From positions 10,486,655 to 10,550,654 of the forward strand of contig NC_134033.1 of the NCBI RefSeq assembly GCF_964204645.1: 64,000 nucleotides of DNA. The letters run 5' to 3'. This DNA is from Tubulanus polymorphus (taxonomy: Eukaryota > Animalia > Nemertea). Position numbers and translations under genes: made by a program. Every line of letters begins with the position of its first letter. The stretch's first letter is position 1. Shown here in pieces: positions 1 to 11,526 of the stretch. Below the pieces are notes generated by a model that made no database searches, was not told the DNA's origin, and worked only from the letters and a program-made list of their open reading frames with translations.

Positions 1-1289
1 CCTTACCACTTTTCTATAGGGTAACTTACGATTAGTTCTGAGATCCTCAAGTTTAGGGATCTTTGTTTTGTGAAATATACCCTTTAGATCTATCATATAC
101 ACTTATGTGCAAATTCCGTACTTCAGAGATCCCTTTTAAAGTTTAAAAAAAAATAAATTAGCACTTCTGAAGTCTCAGTTCCTTAATACATGTAGTCAGT
201 TCATAATTTGGAGGATAAATCGGATCTCAATGATGAAGAATCAAATCTTACTCGCAACTTGATCACGGCAGAATTGTTGTCTCTGAAAAACAGCGAGAGG
301 AGAGTAGAGTCGTGCACCTGTCATCGTGCACCTGTCAACTCGAGGTGATGAAAGCGATGTCCACGCACGCTCTCTCGCTTCCGGCCTCGTTTTCACGGGC
401 GAAACAAAAAACCGTCTTAATTTGTAAGGAAATTCTCCGCGACGGAGGTGACTGCGGCGCGTGAGACTGACATAACCCGGAGCGGCTACAAAACAACCGC
501 TATTGACACGGAGCCCACCGCCCTTCCGGGTTGAGGAAACCGACGAGGCAAGAATGTTTTTGAAAGCGGCTTTTGTTTTTCTTTTTCCGTGATGAAATCT
601 TCGCCGTGTCGCAGCGGCCTCCGACGCTTAACACAATTCAATCTGTGATCTCTCAACAATCAAACAGTGAATGGGAACTCCTGCCTCACGTGTTTGGGGT
701 AGGCATCGGATGCCGATTGCAGGGTGCGCGAGCGTCTTGACTTTTTACGGTTGGTTTCGCCGCCCCGGGTTCTAAACGAATTATCAGCCTACGAACAGCG
801 AGCGGATCCAGCGCTGATTGATCTATCGGTGGTGTGGTATGTTTTGTGGTCTATCCGGTCGGAACCTCGTCACCCATAGCAATTAAAGAACGGGTTCAGA
901 GTTTTTGCAGATGATTTGAGAGATAATGCGATTAATCCTCCCTGGGATTCGAACCCATTTTTGGAATCGGTAAATTGCCGTATTGATAACTTCCTCTCCC
1001 AAGATGGTTCCATTTTCAGACGTAGGCACAACGTATAATGATATAAGGCATTTTGTAAATTGACATATCTCGATAAGGCAACAAAATCAGAATCAGTTGA
1101 GTTTCAAATAGGAGATATTTTGAGAGTGCCGGTAGTTATAAATGAGTATCTAATTTTCTGTGGGGGCACTTGTATTCGCAGTTTGACTAATGTGAGTAAG
1201 AGCTGTCCATAATGTCAGAGAGTTGGACACTGATTTACCCGTATAGGCTACTCCTCTGCTGCTCCTCTGCTGTCCCAACTCCTTAGAAT

Positions 1290-1394
1290 AATGGGAATCC
1301 CATAATGACAACGAAAAGATTAAGTCCGAAAGTCTTTCCTTGAACTGGTTATAGTTTATTCGATGATAACTAATAGTCATCTTCAGGAATACTG
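1290..1394 (-). mobile_element. Degenerate copy of the hammerhead-containing ~165-bp repeat (retrozyme/Penelope pLTR-like)
   Basis: Minus strand reads CAGTATTC-CTGAAGA-TGACTATTAGTTATCATC-GAATAAACTA...CAAGGAAAGACTTTCGGACTTAATCTTTTCGTTGTCATT. The CTGAAGA box is intact, the GAAACGTT half is deleted, and the tail matches 5135-5167. Confidence 0.7.
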
Positions 1395-1587
1395 CTGCTG
1401 CACTTAAGTTTGAATTCTGAAAACTAGACAAGATGAAACGTGTGAGATGAAACGTGTGCATGGATAGCGGTCGTCCGTAGTTTCATCTGAAACTCGAGAT
1501 AAAAGATTACTGTATCATTTTACATTGGGTTTTTCTTGTTTTCGCAGTTTGACCGATTTGAATAAAGAGAGCTGGACACTGATTTGC

Positions 1588-1588
<1 letters not shown>

Positions 1589-1669
<81 letters not shown>
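1589..1669. repeat. (CTG)27 microsatellite
   Basis: Perfect trinucleotide run; explains the polyA/polyQ ORFs at 1520-1863. Confidence 0.97.
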
Positions 1670-2219
1670 ATACCGCTGATATGAACTCCTTAATCCAATC
1701 ATTCCCCGTCTCGGTATACCGCGCAGATAATCAATATAGCCCAGGTTTAGCCTCGGGGCTCGGGGATCTCTTGATCGCCCTCTCGCCTCGCCATCCACTA
1801 CTCTTAAATGAGTTTGATAACTCTCGTGGCAACTATCCTAGCCTAAATAACCGTACTGACTAAGTGTCCTCTATTCCGGGATTAATTCGACTTGAATGCG
1901 ACGAGTGAGGCTTAACTCCAGATTTAATTTGTGGTTTTAATAAGATTCTATCTCTCATGTATTACTGTAAATAGTCACTTAATGATCGTCCGTGGGCTAT
2001 TGCTTCATAGCGCGACTATTGACAGTGAGACAGGCACACTGCCATGCAGAGACAGAGCATCCAGCAAACAAAAAAACCTATTTCGTGTGTGTGAATGACA
2101 GAACAATTTAGAAAAAGAACTTTCTGGTCGAAAATTGCTCACGACAGTAACTCTAACTGTAGCAGGATTCGACCCTATACGACAACCAGCATGGCAGCCG
2201 ATCGAGCGTATTTGACAAA

Positions 2220-2490
2220 GTTTATAAGTTTTTCTGGTCAGTGTGGTGGGGATTCACTATATCGTATCACTCACAACCACCTTTCAATGGCTAGGTCTAG
2301 TTCCAGTCGATCGATTATGCTGCCCTATATTGAAATATACCGATATAGGGTTAGGGTCAGAATACGCCTCAAGGGGGCGAGAAAATGGTCCAGGGGTCAA
2401 GGTTAGGTTAGGGTGACATGATGACCAGTCAGGTGTGGTGACTGTCGACCAGTTTGGTGATTGGGGTAATCAGTCAGTTGTGGTGACTCT
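2220..2490 (+). repeat. Interspersed repeat with GACCAGTCAGGT-type subrepeats
   Basis: The motif (TGACCAGTCAGGTGTGGTGACT) recurs at ~19640-19765 (inverted), ~40165-40290 and as a tandem at ~49170-49650. Confidence 0.65.
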
Positions 2491-4084
2491 TTCCACTACT
2501 ACCATTCTCTGCTGATTACAAAGTCCTTGAAACCGGTATTATCTTTTTCCGTCAGTATCTTGAACTGTCTATATAGAATTCAATCTCGGTTTTTCATTCT
2601 ATTCCCAGGAGGGGAAATGGTGAATGATTCTGGTTTAGATAAGGACGCGCTCCCGGGGGATATTGGCAAACTTTTAAGGCGTCGAGGAATATTCTAAAGA
2701 CAATCCACAAAATATACCCCTTCAAATCATAATCCGTTATCGCTACAAACCGTCCGCTTCGCTTCGCTAAATCGAACCCGTCGTTTACCGGCTGAGTCTA
2801 GTACAACTAGACCGCCGCTTAATCTGTAGAGCGAGTAGCGCACACGCGACTAGTCGTGTGTAAAACAATAGCGAGTGTGTGTGCGCCACGTGTGCGCCTG
2901 GGAAAACTCATTATCGGGCCCGAGTGTGGTCACGTGTTGCGGGACAGCTGCGCACGGAGTCAGTCGGCGATAATGTAAGTTGTCGTCGACCCCTGTAGCG
3001 CTGACTGTAGCGCCCCCTGTAGTGAGCATCACGCGAAATCATAGACTTCAAAACATCGCTTTACCATTTAATGTAGTAATTCAATGAGCACTTCTACAAA
3101 TGATTCTACCTGGAACAACTGTTAAACTTAAATCTATTATTTTATTTGGTGATGTTTTTTAAATATCAGTTTTATGTTTACTAAGCTATCATATCACCTC
3201 ATTTATTTGCCCAATGTTTTAAATCTGTGTAATTTGTATCCGAAATTTTGTTGCGATATTTTATTGTATAAAGGACTCTATTTGATAATAATAATCATTA
3301 TTATTATTGTCATTATTAGGTTATGGTTAGATTTGGTCGAGTGTTATAATATTTGGTCAGGGTTAGGCTTTAGAGTTAGTATTAGATTTTTTTGTAGGAA
3401 ATTCGTAGGGACTTTCCTGTTGCAATAAACATATTTCTGCGGGTTCTAATAACAAAACAATGACATAACGCAAAAAATCGGGGGGAGGGGGCAAATCGTT
3501 TTTCAAAATGATGATAAAGCGGCCTATCAGGGAGTTATACTTGCGCATGCGCGTGGTGTATATCGGCTGTTTTTTTGTCCTGTTATTTGACAGTTATTAG
3601 TCAACGGACGGCTGAGCGGTACGCGGTGCGCGGTGCAGCACACGTGTTCAGGAAGCAGACGGCTTTGTGACGTCGAATCCAATCAATCGATCGATTCCAG
3701 CAATCATCAACAGCAGACGATGACTTTCTGAGCGCGCCCGAAATGAAGTCTTAATCCTTTTTAATTAGGGATTCCGCCGCGGCCGGGAACTTACTTCTAC
3801 TCACACACAGCTCTCTCCCCGCTTCCTGATCGGTAATTGATGATTTTTTCTCCCTCGCGTTATGATTTGATTAGAGCACCTCTGAATATTTCTCCGTCAT
3901 CAAGTGCAAATTGAAAAACATAATTTAGACAAAGGATTTCGATCAATGGAGCTGGTGATTTGTTCTGGGATGCGAACCCAAATTTTACAATTTGAACCCG
4001 ATGTAGGCTGGATAATCTGTCATAATGTCATTACTATTCCATGGAACCTTCAAACTCAATTAACCTCATTATCTCAATAATTCG

Positions 4085-4275
4085 GCCCAGTTGTAAAAAA
4101 TGGTCTTAACTTTTAAGAATGACCAGGAGTTGTTGAATTGGTTATAGAACCAAAATCAGCTTAAACTGGTCTCAAGTTGTTAGATTGGGTATAGAACTGA
4201 AATGAGCTTAGACTGGTCTGAGGCCTATGCATATTGGCTAGACCCACAAGAGCGGTTTAAACTATTCTTAATCCT
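4085..4275 (+). repeat. Interspersed repeat with ~47-bp internal subunits
   Basis: About three diverged subunits (…AACTGGTCTCAAGTTGTTAGATTGG…). Related sequence lies at ~10830-10965 (inverted) and ~26285-26350. Confidence 0.6.
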
Positions 4276-4319
4276 ATGACGCGTGTAACTGGTCCATTCT
4301 TTTTTCGATTAGTTTTCGC

Positions 4320-4320
<1 letters not shown>

Positions 4321-4357
<37 letters not shown>

Positions 4358-4373
4358 TAATAATAATAATAAT

Positions 4374-4411
<38 letters not shown>

Positions 4412-4417
4412 TAATAA
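4321..4417. repeat. (ATA)n microsatellite
   Basis: Near-perfect AAT/ATA run. Confidence 0.95.
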
Positions 4418-5220
4418 TCTATTTTTCATAAGGGAATACATGTACAAGATATAATATTGACAATAGTGATAATGTATAGTAAATGAAGGAAGTAGTGACA
4501 GCCTTGAGACTGTACAGGTCACTGCACCTAAAAAAAGAAATATATTATAATAATTATAGTAGTAATAACGATAAAAATGAATTAACTTTAAAATGAATCA
4601 ACTATTAAAACGAATCAACTTTTTTAAAGTCTTAAAACAAAGGATTTTTGCGACTCAAAAAGTGGTTGTTCTCCCTCTTTCCTAAACGAGAGGCGGCGTC
4701 CGTGGATTTCAATCGAGAAATCGATTTTTTTGTTCTACCGTCGAATGAGCGCGGGGCGTGCTGCTGCCGTAGAATGGCACGTAACAACACGTGCTCGATT
4801 CCCAGAGCGAATTCAATTATAAGAGATATTTTTCTAGCGGAGAGAAAGAGAAGCGAATGAATTATAATGACTTTGTGTCCGATCGAGCGCGTTCCAACCG
4901 TCGCAACACGTGCACCTAGACGACTGCTCCTCGGGTCGAAAACTCTCCGATTAATAATCCTCTATTAGCTTTTCATCTCCCCGAATAAGAAAAAATCATT
5001 TACGAATTTAATACGAATAATACGATGCTTAATCTAAAGTTAAATCATTTGAAAGTCTGGCTGTGGTACAATAGCTCAAGAGGAATAGTTGAAAATAATG
5101 TTTTTTGCAATAATTCAGTTTTAGAATCATAGAGAACATTTTCGGACTTAATATTTTCGTTATCATTACGGTCACAACACGGATATAGTGATTTTCGAAT
5201 GGTTATGAGGACAACATCAC

Positions 5221-5733
5221 TATTCCGGAAAATGACTATTCGAATATAGTCAAAACGTTGAATAAACTACAGTATTCCGGAAGATGACTATTAGAATATA
5301 GTCAAAACGTTGAATAAACTACAGTATTCCAGAAGATGACTATTAGAATATAGTCAAAACGTTGAATAAACTACAATATTCCGGAATATGACTATCAGAA
5401 TATAGTCAAAACGTTGAATAAACTACAGTATTCCGGAAGATGACTATTAGAATATAGTCAAAACGTTGAATAAACTACAATATTCCGGAATATGACTATC
5501 AGAATATAGTCAAAACGTTGAATAAACTACAGTATTCCAGAAGATGACTATTAGAATATAGTCAAAACGTTGAATAAACTACAATATTCCGGAATATGAC
5601 TATTAGAATATAGTCAAAACGTTGAATAAACACCAGTATTCCGGAATATGACTATTAGAATATAGTCGAAACGTTGAATAAACACCAGTATTCCTGAAGA
5701 TGAATATTAGGATAGAGTCAAAAGCGTTGAAAA
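5221..5733 (+). repeat. Tandem array of 10 x 52-bp units, each a minimal hammerhead-ribozyme fold
   Basis: Units start at 5221, 5273, 5325, 5377, 5429, 5481, 5533, 5585, 5637 and 5689. Unit layout: TATTC (stem I 5') - C[G/A/T]GAA[G/T/A]A (core box) - T - GACTAT - TAGAAT loop - ATAGTC (stem II) - [A/G]AAA - CG - TT - GAATA (stem I 3') - AACTACAG linker. Confidence 0.88.
5662..5707 (+). ncRNA. Candidate hammerhead ribozyme with intact core across the unit 9/10 junction (circularly permuted, stem II open)
   Basis: ATAGTC-GAAA-CG-TT-GAATA-AACACCAG-TATTC-CTGAAGA-T-GAATAT. GAAA (5668-5671) and CTGAAGA (5694-5700) are both canonical, stem I pairs 5/5 and stem II 5/6. Predicted GUU cleavage site is after 5675. 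Confidence 0.55.
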
Positions 5734-6359
5734 AATTACTAAATCTAGGAATTTTCTGACTTTATTTTGTCGTTATCATCGTTGCATTCTCCTAATATTA
5801 TATTCACAACACGGATGTAGTGTTTTATCAATGGTTTATTTGAGTGCTTCATCAATATCATATACTGTCACGATGTCAGTTATCCATCCACCTTTACCAA
5901 CTTGTGAACAAATTAGCACCGATAGTTTACAATGAAAATAATGATAATGACAGTAATAATGATTGTAATAATAATTCATTTTCTCGTATATAGCGCTGGG
6001 CTGGAAAACCTAATCATAACTACATGATAAAGTCATGTTCGTGTAAATCAATGATAATTCGTATGAAATACGTTAAAACCTAGCGATATATTTGTGAATT
6101 CGGGGAATTCATGAAATGCGTTGGTCTTTTTAACCAAATTAACGCAAATAAGACGATCACGTATTTTGACTAGAATTGATCAAGCGATTTGAATATTAAA
6201 ACAATGCGACCGTACGATGCTGCTGTATGCGGCCAATTCTAGAACTAAAATCATTATGTATCGATACGCTGGAAATTTGATACTTGCGCAAATAATTTAT
6301 CGGTTGCTTCGGCTCGCAGGAGTGAATTTGTGATTTTTGATTAGTTTCGATAGACACAG

Positions 6360-6455
6360 GAGGGAGAGGTGAGATAGGGAGAGAGAGAGAGAGAGAGAGA
6401 GTGAGAGGGAGAGGGAGAGAGGGGGAGAGAGAGAGGGAGAGAGAGAGAGGAATAG
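6360..6455. repeat. GA-rich low-complexity tract
   Basis: (GA)n/GGGAGA run. Confidence 0.9.
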
Positions 6456-7429
6456 AGCAATTATAAAAAAATCTCCAATTCGTGCTCGGCAGCCGACTGC
6501 AAAAGCCTTAACGAACGCGTAGAAAATAATCACCCCAGGATTAAGACCGCATTTCAATTAATTTTCATAAAGAAACACTATTTCAAAAAACAAAAGTAAC
6601 AGCGTCGTCAATCTGCGAAATGCTGCGGTTTTTTGCGGTGACTTTTTATCTGTATTTGTCTAACGTAATTAATCGTATTGTTATTCATAAATCGAACGTC
6701 GATTGTTGATTATTTACTTTTGTTTGTTTCAAATTGAAATGCCGAAAAAAAACTTCGCGTCGCGACGGTTCGTGAGATTTTGATGAATTAGAAAAATATG
6801 TTCGCCGAAGATTACGCCGTATCGGCCGTCTCCACACGACCTTCAGGGTTACGCCGGTTATTCTCTTTATTCTCATCCATTTATTTCAAATATGTATATT
6901 AATTTTCGACAGAATGTTATATTCCGTATCGATTCAACGCCACAGTTTCTCAGTAACTTTGAACGGAAATCTGTTTTAGATTCGAAAAACCGTTTATTTC
7001 AATCACCAAGACAAAACATCTTTTTTGTTTTTCTATTTTTTTTACATATGGCGCCGTGAATTTTTATTGAGTTTTTCGACTGAGGTGAATTTTTAATGAA
7101 AAGAAAATCATTTAGGCCAATTTAATATTTATAGCATAAATTGATTAAAATCGTTTTCAACGTTTAGAGCTGATATGGTCTATCGTCGAAAGGATAATGT
7201 CTCTTTTCTGATGAAAATTCGGGTTTGAAGAACTGTTTATACAAGTTCAGGTTCAACTTTATCACAGAACCTAACACCAATTGTCTTCTTCAACCGGCAA
7301 CCTGCATCCGGTACCCCCTGTACCCCCTCATTCGGGGCCCTATAGCCGCTCAGCCTGGATCCCGCATTAGTCTGGGGCCCTGCACCTTTATCTCCGTTCC
7401 ACCATGAACCGGGTTGGTTCAAGATTCCA

Positions 7430-7940
7430 GACACTAAGTTGAAACTTGCATTCAGACACTATTAGATCCAAAATTAAGCAAACATTTATCAACTTAACTA
7501 ACTTATTAACTGTCATTGTGGTAAATGACTGTTTACTTCTACAGTCCAGCTACAAATTGAGACAGAATGGACCCATAGAGAAACTAGAGGTTGCCAGTTC
7601 TAGACTCCTGGCTGAAAAATGCATTAAGAGACGATGTTAGATGCAAAATCCAAAATAAGCATACATTTGACTTCTGAGTCATTGTGGTGATGACAGTGTA
7701 GGCTAAACTGCTACAGCCAGTTACAAATTGAGACAGAATGAACCGATACAGAAACTAGAGGGGGCAGTTCTAGACACCAGACTGAAACTTGCAATAAAAA
7801 CGATGTTTTTCTACAGACCAGCTACAGATTGAAGGCGGATGAACCCATAAATCGGCGAAGTCTGTGCGCGGGAGAATGTTTACACTTAAACAGACCGGCT
7901 ACAAATTGAGGGCGAATGAACCCATAAAAACTAGAGGTGA
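7430..7940 (+). repeat. Diverged local tandem repeat
   Basis: CCAGCTACAAATTGAG…GAACCCATA…AAACTAGAGG recurs at ~7545, 7717, 7817 and 7895. Confidence 0.75.
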
Positions 7941-8384
7941 TATCATCAATAACACCATGTCGCGCGACATCACGGGTTCTATCGCTACAGTTCTCAGAGC
8001 GGAAGTCACTATGGAGCTGCTGGTATTATTGACCCGGTCCGCCGCACGTCGACCAAAATGTAAATCGCTTATCGCTGATAATTCTAACACGCAGGGCGCG
8101 TATACGCCAGCACTTCCGGTCCTGCGCGGTAACGACTGCACGTGATCTACGGGGGGTCCGCGTCTCTCTCGCACGCTATCCCGGATTGAATCAGGCGACG
8201 CGGTGATGACGTCACAGATCGGAAAAAAAGAAGTTTCGATCTGTGGAAAAAGGACTCGATTTGTCGGAGTTAATTTCCGTAATGTAACGTGACTCAAGGG
8301 TGGGAGTCACAAAGAGTTATGACCGCGTATGTAGAAAACCATAAACCCAAACTGTAAGCAAGTTCAAGTTTACCCAGGGCCGTC

Positions 8385-8555
8385 CTGCAGTTCCACATAT
8401 TGTGAGTTAGAGTTAACTTTGAACTCAGGATCCAGTTCCAAGTTGTGGGTTTAGAGTTGACGTCAGGATCCAGTTACTTAGTTGTGCGTTTGAGTTGCCT
8501 CGGAACTCAGGCTCCAGTTCTACAGTTGTGAGTTAACGATAACTCTGAACTGAGG
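8385..8555 (+). repeat. Tandem of ~36-44-bp units derived from the left end of MITE family A
   Basis: About four units of CAGGATCCAGTTCCACAGTTGTGAGTTAGAGTTAACT, the same sequence as the MITE terminus at 30887 and 31974. Confidence 0.75.
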
Positions 8556-9147
8556 ACACAATAATGGAAATGATTATCTTCAGCTTTCTGCAATCAGATA
8601 TGCTAAAACAGCAGGATATAGACTCGGTCTATGAATCCAATGATTCTGCCAGATCTGCTTGGGTCGAATCTATTAACGCGAATATTTACCGGTACGTAAT
8701 ATTCGGGATTCGAAACCGATTCACCCTGAGCTGAGAAAATTGTGAAAGTTGTGCCAAGAGATTCAGAGCCCCGAATCTGACCTTGAACGTATCGTGCTGA
8801 TTTTTGGATACACAGTTCATGTATGTTTCCGAAGACAATATCTACACCGGCTGCATCAGTAACCAAACCATCAATTGCGTAGTTAAATACAGTATTAGCG
8901 GCGCTTTCACGGCAGTTGTCAGCCGCGGAAATCTAGCAAATTCGAGCATAATGAGAAATTTGCGAGAATAAGACGATATTTAGAAGGAAATTTACGAGGA
9001 AATGAGACCAGATTGTGCTATTGTCGCGTCTGTGATATTCACAAATTATCGATGAATAAGGGACTGATTGATGGATGCGAGAAGAGGCGGAGAACGAGGG
9101 AGAAACTCATCTCACCGTGGACCAGACTATACGCGCTTTCTGCCACC

Positions 9148-9540
9148 ACTGCTGGTGCTGGAGCTGGTGCTGGTGCTACTGTTGGTGCTGGTGCTACTGT
9201 TGGTGCTGCTGCTGGTCCCTGGTGGTGGTGCTGGTGGCGCTGCTGCTTTTGCTGGTGTTGCTGCTGGTGGTGCCGCTGGTGCTGCTGCTCTTGCTGGTGC
9301 TGCTTGTGCTGCTGCTGGTGGTGTCGGTGCCGCTGCTACTGCTGGTGGTGGTGGTGGTGGTGGTGCTGCTGCTGCTGCTGCTGGTGGTGGTGGACGTGGA
9401 GGTGGTGCTGCTGCTGCTACTGCTGGTGCTTTTGCTGTTGGTGGTGGTGGTGGTGGTGCTGCTGCTACCGCTACTGCTGTTGCTGCTGGTACCGGAGCTG
9501 CTGCTGCTGCTGGTGGTACTGGTGCTGCTACTGCTGCTGT
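9148..9540. repeat. Compound (TGC/TGG/TAC)n trinucleotide repeat
   Basis: ~390-bp imperfect triplet repeat that is open in five frames, giving low-complexity ORFs. Confidence 0.93.
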
Positions 9541-10413
9541 GTGCACCCGTTTGGTACATTAGTTTTTATACCCCTTCTGTAAAATTCGGGAAAATCTGTC
9601 GTACACGGAAAATCATAGTGGAAATAGAATACTTATTGTATCACGGGTGGGAACCGGTTCCAAAGGGTCAAAGTTAGAATTTGACTTAAATGTTTCAAAA
9701 GATTTTGTATTCAAGTAATTTTGAAACTCCATAGAGATGCCTGGATGACACCTTCAATTCAGCGGATGACATATTTCGAATAATTATTAGGAATTTGTGT
9801 TTTCATAAATTCTTGTTCCACGCCTCTCTCTAAACGTTCCCTATTTCATCTTAGTTTCAATTCCCAGGAAATACCGACGAATTTCAAATATAAACAACTA
9901 AGATTGCGAATATTCTCGATGTGCACTCTAAACTCAACCCCATCACGCCGCACCTTAACCGCGACAGAGAACAATTATACGAGCATAAAGCGAACCGCCG
10001 AAAAAACAAATAACCGCCCCGCTGTTCAGACCGTATTTCCATCGCTCGTGTCAACGGGAGATAAGGTCGCACGCTTCAGGGCCAGGTCTTATCACTGATT
10101 TACCATTCCGCGGTAGAACCGAGCCGCCAAATGAAGTCTTCATGTCAGCGACCGTGGCAGTAAATAGGAGAACGTATTAGCGACGTAGAGAGGGGGATTA
10201 ATCTTGTTTATTGAATCCAGCAGCAGCGGCAGTCGACGAGGCGGCGGCGGGTTAAGACACAGCCCGGGTTAGTTGTATCTGTTAGCGTGAGTTATAATGA
10301 GGTAATCACGCAGAATACAGGCCGCAGTTCATCATAGACAAACACGACGTTCATTCATTGAACAAACATCATTTAAAATATCGAGATAGACACTGCTGGA
10401 CTTTATCTATCAC

Positions 10414-10655
10414 AACTCTCTCTTCTCACAACTCTCTCTGCTCAATCCCCCTCGCCCTCTCCGCTCTCTCCTCACACTCTTTCTCCTCTCTCACGCCCTC
10501 TCCCCTCTTCCTCCCTCTCCACCCTTCTCACTCTCTCTCTCTCCTCTCTCCCAATCCGCTCCAAGAGCTCTCTATCCTTCTCCGCTCTCTCGCTCTCTCT
10601 CCCTCTCCACTCTCTCCTCACCCTCGCCTCACTCTCTCTCTCCTCACAACTCTCA
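10414..10655. repeat. CT-rich low-complexity tract
   Basis: Polypyrimidine (CT)n/CCT tract. Confidence 0.9.
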
Positions 10656-11361
10656 CACGATTCATGAGCAGCAAATTGCGTACCAAGTAGTGATTGCTGC
10701 ATTGTTAGGGCTTGTCCTCAAAGTCAAAGGTGCTCCCCAGGGATCACATCAGAGTAACGACAAGCATTCTTGAGTTCAAAATGTTGGCCAGGGCTTATTT
10801 TGTTTCGATGTCTTCGCGCGGTTATGATTTAGACTTGGCTCCAATGGCCAATACAGACAGTTTAGATTCGAGACCGGTTTAATATCGACTTGGTTCCATG
10901 TCAATCTAATGACTTAAGGCCAGTTTTAAGATTCAAGATCATTTTTAGTTTTCAATCTTTGTCTTATGACGAACTCTATTTTTTGAGCAAAATGAGTTTA
11001 TTTCACACAAAAACAAGAAAATTAACAGAATAATCATACAAAGCGTCATGTTGACATTGTATGCGTGGTAAACGAATATGTGCGAATTATAAACGAAATC
11101 TAGTGCATAAGGTTGTTTTCATGTAAACACTTTAGAATGAATTTAGATATTCGCGCAAAAAGTTTCTCGAAAAACATAATTTTAGTGACCAACTGGGCCC
11201 AGAAAGTGAATGCGTTCTTAATCAGTAAGAAATTATAGATCACTCTTTCCGTAAGCTCAGGGTACGAACTTAAAAACAATAGTTAAGCTAGTGGCCATTG
11301 AAACAATATCTAGTTAACCTACAAATTATACTACTACTGTAATAGTCGTCGCTTCTCTTAT

Positions 11362-11510
11362 AGCCGCGTTCACACGACAACTAGTTAGACCGGTCTAAAT
11401 GGGTCCGTACCTGGTCCGGTCCAAATTTAGTCCGGACCAAATTTTAGTGAGCGTTCACACGGCGTTTTGAAACGCGGTGATAAATCGCTTGTCACCAGGC
11501 CCACAAGATG
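11362..11510 (+). mobile_element. Left end of a PIF/Harbinger-like non-autonomous element
   Basis: Begins AGCCGCGTTCACAC, with a second GCGTTCACAC at ~11451 and internal palindromic GGTCCGGACC-type motifs. A similar terminus (AGCTGCGTTCACAC) lies at 62103. No right end found. Confidence 0.45.
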
Positions 11511-11526
11511 TCGCCATCTGCTAAAT

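Noticed and set aside
1520-1863. polyQ / polyA protein
   Set aside because: Produced by the (CTG)27 microsatellite; the flanks show no recognisable domain.
5221-5733. CRISPR array
   Set aside because: Units are near-identical along their whole length with no unique spacers, there are no cas genes, and the context is eukaryotic.
9013-9677. Cys/Trp-, Gly/Ala-, Leu/Val-, Pro/Ala- and Ser/Thr-rich ORFs
   Set aside because: All are translations of one trinucleotide repeat that lacks stops in several frames; there is no non-repetitive coding support.
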